Part shown: positions 57,554 through 64,000 of the stretch, piece after piece
How the letters are laid out: each line of letters starts with the position of its first letter
Position numbering within the stretch: the first letter of the stretch is position 1
Source: the human T2T-CHM13v2.0 reference genome, Homo sapiens
Assembly (NCBI RefSeq): GCF_009914755.1
Contig: NC_060934.1
Strand: one strand, 5' to 3'
Length of the DNA: 64,000 nt
Notes under the pieces: generated by a model
Seen by the model: the letters and a program-made list of their open reading frames with translations, nothing else
Database searches by the model: none
What the model was told of the DNA's origin: nothing
Position numbers and translations under genes: made by a program

Positions 57554-60500
57554 ATTCTAGCTGACTGTGCAATTTTGTATAAAAAGATTTTTAAGCATCT
57601 TACAGCCATAATCTTTATGCCTTTCAGGCGTGGAAACATAGAGAATGAGGAGTAAATATAATTCTAAACTCTCTTATGTAGTTTCTTTGTGACCTGTACA
57701 AAGAGAACACTTCAAATCTACATTAGGCATGTAGGTCAAATCCCTGCAGCCTACTGGAGCAGCTCCTGTAACAGCCAGCTTTTAAAGACCCAGTTATTGG
57801 AGCAAAGTTTGTTTCTCCCCAAGAATGGGCCACTCATCACTTGGAACATCTATGGTGTTCAGGAGTGGCTCCCACCCCAATGGTGTCAGCCCTGCAAGGA
57901 TGACCATGCTGGTTTTGTCTTGGTATCATCTGCAGGGCCCAGCCTGGAGCTGGGGATGCACTGAAGGCTCTGTTAATAATCTTCATTGGAGGGTCAGTCT
58001 CGGGGTGAAACAGTTGCCTGCTGCCAGGTCGGGTTGCAGTGTGTCCCTCCCTATCTTTAGGCACAGCTCTCGATCCCAAACTGGGGAGCTTCTAGATGTG
58101 CTGCCCTCATCTAGTACAAATTTAAACTAGCTGCTTTAGGGAGCATTTCCTGACCAGCTTGCCACCACCACCACCTCCTTCTCTCTGCCCTCCAGCACCT
58201 ACTTGACTGCACTTAGTGAAGGGAGTCATGTTCTGAGTTCCCTGAGTCAGGCACAGGTCCCACTCTGAGTTGGTGTTTGTCTCCACGGCCTCATTCTCGG
58301 TGTCTTACATGCAGCAGTGCCCTGAACATGTAGAAACAAGTCTTTAGGTGTTTGTCTCCCACAGCAAAAGTCTTTTCACCCCATGGGCTTGGCAGGCGAG
58401 CCTGTGCACTGATGGATTGCTGGGTGGTTTGCTTCAACCTTGCTGATCTAGGGAGGCCACAGGGCCCAGCCCAGTCCTCCTGAGGTCTGGAGGCACAGCA
58501 CCTTGGACTCCCTGGGTTCTTGTTCACATTGGGAATACTAGTGTAGACTGGGCCCAGACTCTCCACGTTTGTTTGCAACTAGCTGAGGAAGAGGCTCTGA
58601 TGTGCTCTTACCAGGGGCATATAAAAGGATTCTGTGTATAGACATTTCATGTAGACTTAGATTTTCAGAAACAGGCCTGTCATGATGATCAGGGTATGGG
58701 TATAGGACACGTGCACTATGCCTGCTTTGGCCTAGCATCCTCCCTTGAGTGGGCAGCTTCACCTTCAATGGCAGAGGGAAGTAGGTTGGGACATCAACTT
58801 GGAAGTCAAGGTGCCAGGCCTCCTTTTGCCTAGCCATTTGAGAAGTGGGGGTGGGGTGGGTAGCAGGTGTGGGGTGAGTGGCAGGTGTGGGTGACCAGGC
58901 CCTGCCTCACCTAGGTGGGCAGGTGTTGCCCTGAGGCTGCTGGTGCAGTTGAATGAGCTGCCTGATGAATCATTCTGAAAATCTCTCATGGGTGCTGGGC
59001 GTGGTGGCTCATGCCTGTGATCCTAGCACTTTGGGAGCCCGAGGCAGTAGGATGGCTTAAGCAGGAGTTTGAGACCAGCCTGGGCAACATAGGGAGACCC
59101 CATCTCCCTATGTAGCTGGGACTGCAGGTGTGCACTGAGGTAGGAGGATCACTTGAGCCCAGGAGGTCAAGGCTGCAGTGAGCTGTGACGGTGCCACTGC
59201 ACTCCAGCCTGGGTCACAGAGTGAGGCCCTGTCTCAAAAACGTAAAAGTGAAAATCTCCAATGGGGCCCAAGGCCTGAATGTTTTGTTTGCTTTTTTTTT
59301 GTTCCTCCAAGAAGGACCACAAACTCTATGTTTCAGTTACTTGAAGCCAGTTATTTTGTAGTATCTCCCTTAATTTAAGTTTGTTTGTTGTTTCCTCATG
59401 GTTAGCTGCAAGTTTTGCAGTTTTGTAAGGAATACTGCGGAAATGGTGAGTTCTAGGTGCATCCCCTTGGGAGGCACATGATGTGGGTCTGAGTCATTAC
59501 CGGTGATATTGACAATGATCGCTTGCTTATGGTGATGTCTGCTGGGTTTCTCCCCTCTAAGTTACTATTTTGTTCTTTGTAAGTGTCCTGTGGGGAGATA
59601 CTTTGAGATTATGCAAATACAGTATGCTATTTCACATCAAACTCATGACTGGTTTTAGGACCCATTGCAGATTCTTGGCACAGTCGGTTGTTTCTGTCAT
59701 GGGTGTTGAATGCGATGATTTAATTCCATAATTCCTTCTACATTTATCATTTAACTATACAGAACTGCTGTAGCTATGTATCATTGTGCTACACATAACT
59801 TTTCCTTCTTTCCTGTTTATTTATCTCTGTGTGTGTATTAGAATGGGCTCATGAATTCTTATTTTATTCAATGAGTTAAAATCCGTTGTTATTATTGTTT
59901 ATTTTGCCGCTCAGATTGTTCCAGATTTGGCCAGTGGGGGCTTTTTCAAGCTGCTGTGAATGACAGCTCTTCAAAACATGCATTTCCAAGTCTATCACAG
60001 TTCTGTTGAACTAGTTGCCATATGATTCTGGAGGCAGCTCCTGAGCCGTTCTGCTGTCCTGTGGAGCATGGCGTCAGTCACAGTAGGCCCATGGTTTTTA
60101 GTGTGCACCTTGTGAAGCCTTCCTTTCCCCCAGCCACCTGAAGATAAAAGTGTCCTGCTCTGCCTGCTTCCATGTTGGGTTTCTGGGTCAGAGTTTCTTT
60201 GAACAAAGCCTCCTGTAGCTTAAAAAATAATAAAAATAGTAAGCTTGGAAGTCACTGGACTAGGTGACCTCCATTCCAGGCCCAGTGCTTCTCCCACTGA
60301 GGACTCCCCTGACTCAAATCCACCCACTCTGCTGCTTTCCTGATGACAGCACTGAGGTAGACAGAGGCCTCCTCTCACCAGGTTAATGAGGAGGCCCCTC
60401 GGTGTCCTGAAACTTGGCAGGTTTTGGGTTGTGAGTTTTTGGTGGTGGAAATTCACAGTGTTTCAGTCACTAAGATCAGGGTTTTTACAGGATGCCAGGC

Positions 60501-62999
60501 ACTGAGACCCTCAGACCCTTTGGAGAGCCTGGTGGAGCTCAGAGCTGGGGCCCAGCCTCTCCTGCACCTGCATGTGGAGGCCATCCAGGGCTGGCGGTCA
60601 GGGGCTTGATGGCCTTGGAAGCTGGGGGCCCACCTTCCCCACACTGTGCCAGGGCAGTGTTTGTCACCCTGTGATAAAGGAGGGGATCCAGCCCCCCTGA
60701 CGTTGTGCAGCTGTGTAGTGACTTCCCACAGTAAAGAGTCAAACTTCTTCACTCCAGTGAGCGGTTGCTGCCACCATGATGGGTTTTTTTTTTTTTTTTA
60801 AATTAAAGTTTTTTTTTTTCTTTTTTGTTGGAAACCACAGGTTCACATGCCACGGTGTCTGATTTTGCAGTGTTTCTGGTGGCCCCTGGATTTGGCGTTT
60901 GGGTTAATGAGGGAATGGGTCAGGGATGTGCATGGACAGTTCTGGCTCTAAGGGGTGAGTCAGAGAGAGCCGAGCCCCTCCTTCCATCCTCAGAGGGTGA
61001 GATTGCTGTGGGCAGCTGAGCAGCCTGCCCTGGCCTGCCTTAGTGATTCTCTCTCCTACTGGGGCCCATTCCCTTTCATATTCGCCTGCCCCCTCCTAGG
61101 CTTCTCTCCCTGGGCCTGCCTGTTCCTTTGGCCTGTGAATGTTCCTCAGCACCTAGTGGGCTCTAGAGACCCCCTTCTCAGATGGTAGGAATGTCTAGGC
61201 CCCAGGTGCTACTAGAGGTGCAGCAGAAACTCCGCCTTCCTTGGGGGATGTGGCTGCCCTTCCTTGGGATGGGCCTGTGATCAGGTCAGAGGCCAGTTCT
61301 GGGAGCCTCAAAGGCCAGGTGGTGTTGAAGGATTGGCTTCGGAGAATGAGAGGGAAGGAGAGATAGTAAGGATAATTTGGGGGCATGGGGTGTATGTAGC
61401 TCAGGATATGGGTGGTGGGTGTTGTCATTGTCACTTGGGTCCTTAGGAAAAAGAGGGGCCAGAGGAGGGGTGGGGTTGAAGGTAGAGAGCCAGGTAAGAG
61501 ACCTTCAGACCTTCCCTGAGAGGTCATGAGGAACTGACCTGTGCCCTCAGGACGGGAGGGGAGGGGAGTGAGGGGAGGGGAGGTATTGGAGCGTGAGGAG
61601 TTTAGGAAAGCTCCTGAGTGTCTGGGTGGGTGAAGGCTGAGGGATTCTGGGTGGGGCCCCTTGGTCCATGCTTTGTCTGGTATTTGTGCCTGGTGCTTGT
61701 GTGGAAAGATGCAAATCTCTGGAACCATCAGCAGAGTAGTGTTGGAGGGTTGTGAGGCATGTGATTATCCCATAGGAGGGGCAAACACTCCAGGGACATC
61801 ACTCTCAGGAAGCCTGGGGAGCTCGCAGTGCCTTTGTGCAGGGTCAGGCCACATGGTTTGAGCCTGGCCTTCCCAAATCTCAGTTCACTTTTCTCCACTG
61901 TCATGTCATCCGGCTTCCTTCCCTTGGGTTTTCTCTCCCCTCTTCCTCCCTCATGACCCCTTATTAGTATATAAAAAATGAGACTCTTGTCTCAGAGCTT
62001 CCCAAATTTTCATCTTATTCAGGATCTTAGTGAAATGCAGATTGAAGGGAATTGAGATTCCACATTTCCAGCAAGCTCCTGAAATGGGCATCGTCCAAAC
62101 AGGGCCAGGCAGAATCGGGGGATGCTAAAGAACTGGAGGTAGAGGACACCCAGTTGGAGGGGTGCAGGCGGCCATCCTCCCCCTCTGAAGGTCCCTGTGG
62201 GAGGAGCCAAGGGCCTGACTTCTTTGGGTGTGGGGCTGCCAAGCACTGGCTGGAGTTTAATCTGGATCCAAGGCTCACAAACAGCTGGTTCTTAAGGGAG
62301 TGTCAGTGTTGCAGTGATGTTTGATAGAGCTAATCTGGCAATAGGACAGATAATGAGCTTTTCTGTAAATCTAAAAGTTTTGGGCTGAGCATGATGGCTT
62401 ATGCCTATAATCCCAGCACTTTGGGAGACTGCAGAGGGAGGATCTCTTGAGCCAGGGGTTTGAGATTAGCCTGGGCAACATAGTGAAACCCTATTTCTAC
62501 AAAAAATTAAAAAATTAACTTCGTGTGGTGGTACACACCTGTGGTCCCAGCTACTTGGGAGGCTGAGGTAGGAGGACCATGTGAAGCTGGGAGTTTAAGA
62601 TCCTGTCTCTAAAAAGAGAAAAAAAGTTTTAAGTTAAAGGTCCACTCTGTTCTGAGTTGATGTTCTTTTTCTGCCCCCTTTCCCCATCCTTTTTTTTGTT
62701 GTTGAGACAGAGTCTCGCTCTGTTGCCCAGGCTGGAGTGCAGTGGCGCGATCTTGGCTCACTGCAACTTCCGCCTCCTGGGTTCAAGCAGTTCTCTGCCT
62801 CAGCCTCCCAAGTAGCTAGGATTATAGGCGCCTGCCACCACACCCAGCTAATTTTTGTATTTTTAGTAGAGGCAGGGTTTCACCATCTTGGCCAGGCCAG
62901 TCTTGGACTCCTGACTTTGTGATCCACCTGCCTCGGCCTCCCAGAGTGCTGGGATTACAGGCATGAGCCGTGGTGCCCGGCCTCCCCATCCTTTTTATA

Positions 63000-63920
<921 letters not shown>

Positions 63921-64000
63921 TATTAAATCTCACAATTTCTGTAGGTCAGAGGTCCAGGCCCAGCATAGCTCAACTTATTCCCTCCTTAGGGTCTCACAAA

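Overview
Primate (human-like) genomic DNA, Alu/L2/MIR/LTR-rich. The first third holds all five coding exons of PRXL2A (FAM213A/C10orf58, the Cys-containing mammalian orthologue of selenoprotein U). They are on the + strand and splice to a 229-aa ORF (7566-19198), followed by a 3'UTR and polyA signal. A repeat-rich intergenic stretch (about 20.2-40.5 kb) includes a decayed ERV env/LTR. A CpG island (about 40.8-42.5 kb) carries the non-coding first exon of a + strand gene I recognise as TSPAN14, and the rest of the window is its first intron. I see no new multi-gene system. The best leads are: (i) a SECIS-like hairpin in the 3'UTR of this ex-selenoprotein gene, with an Alu inserted at its base; (ii) an upstream exon ending in ATG whose reading frame depends on two acceptors 17 nt apart; (iii) a ~420-bp intronic duplicate nested inside a hAT-type MITE; (iv) several micro-rearrangement scars. 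Repeat family names and boundaries were assigned by eye and are approximate.
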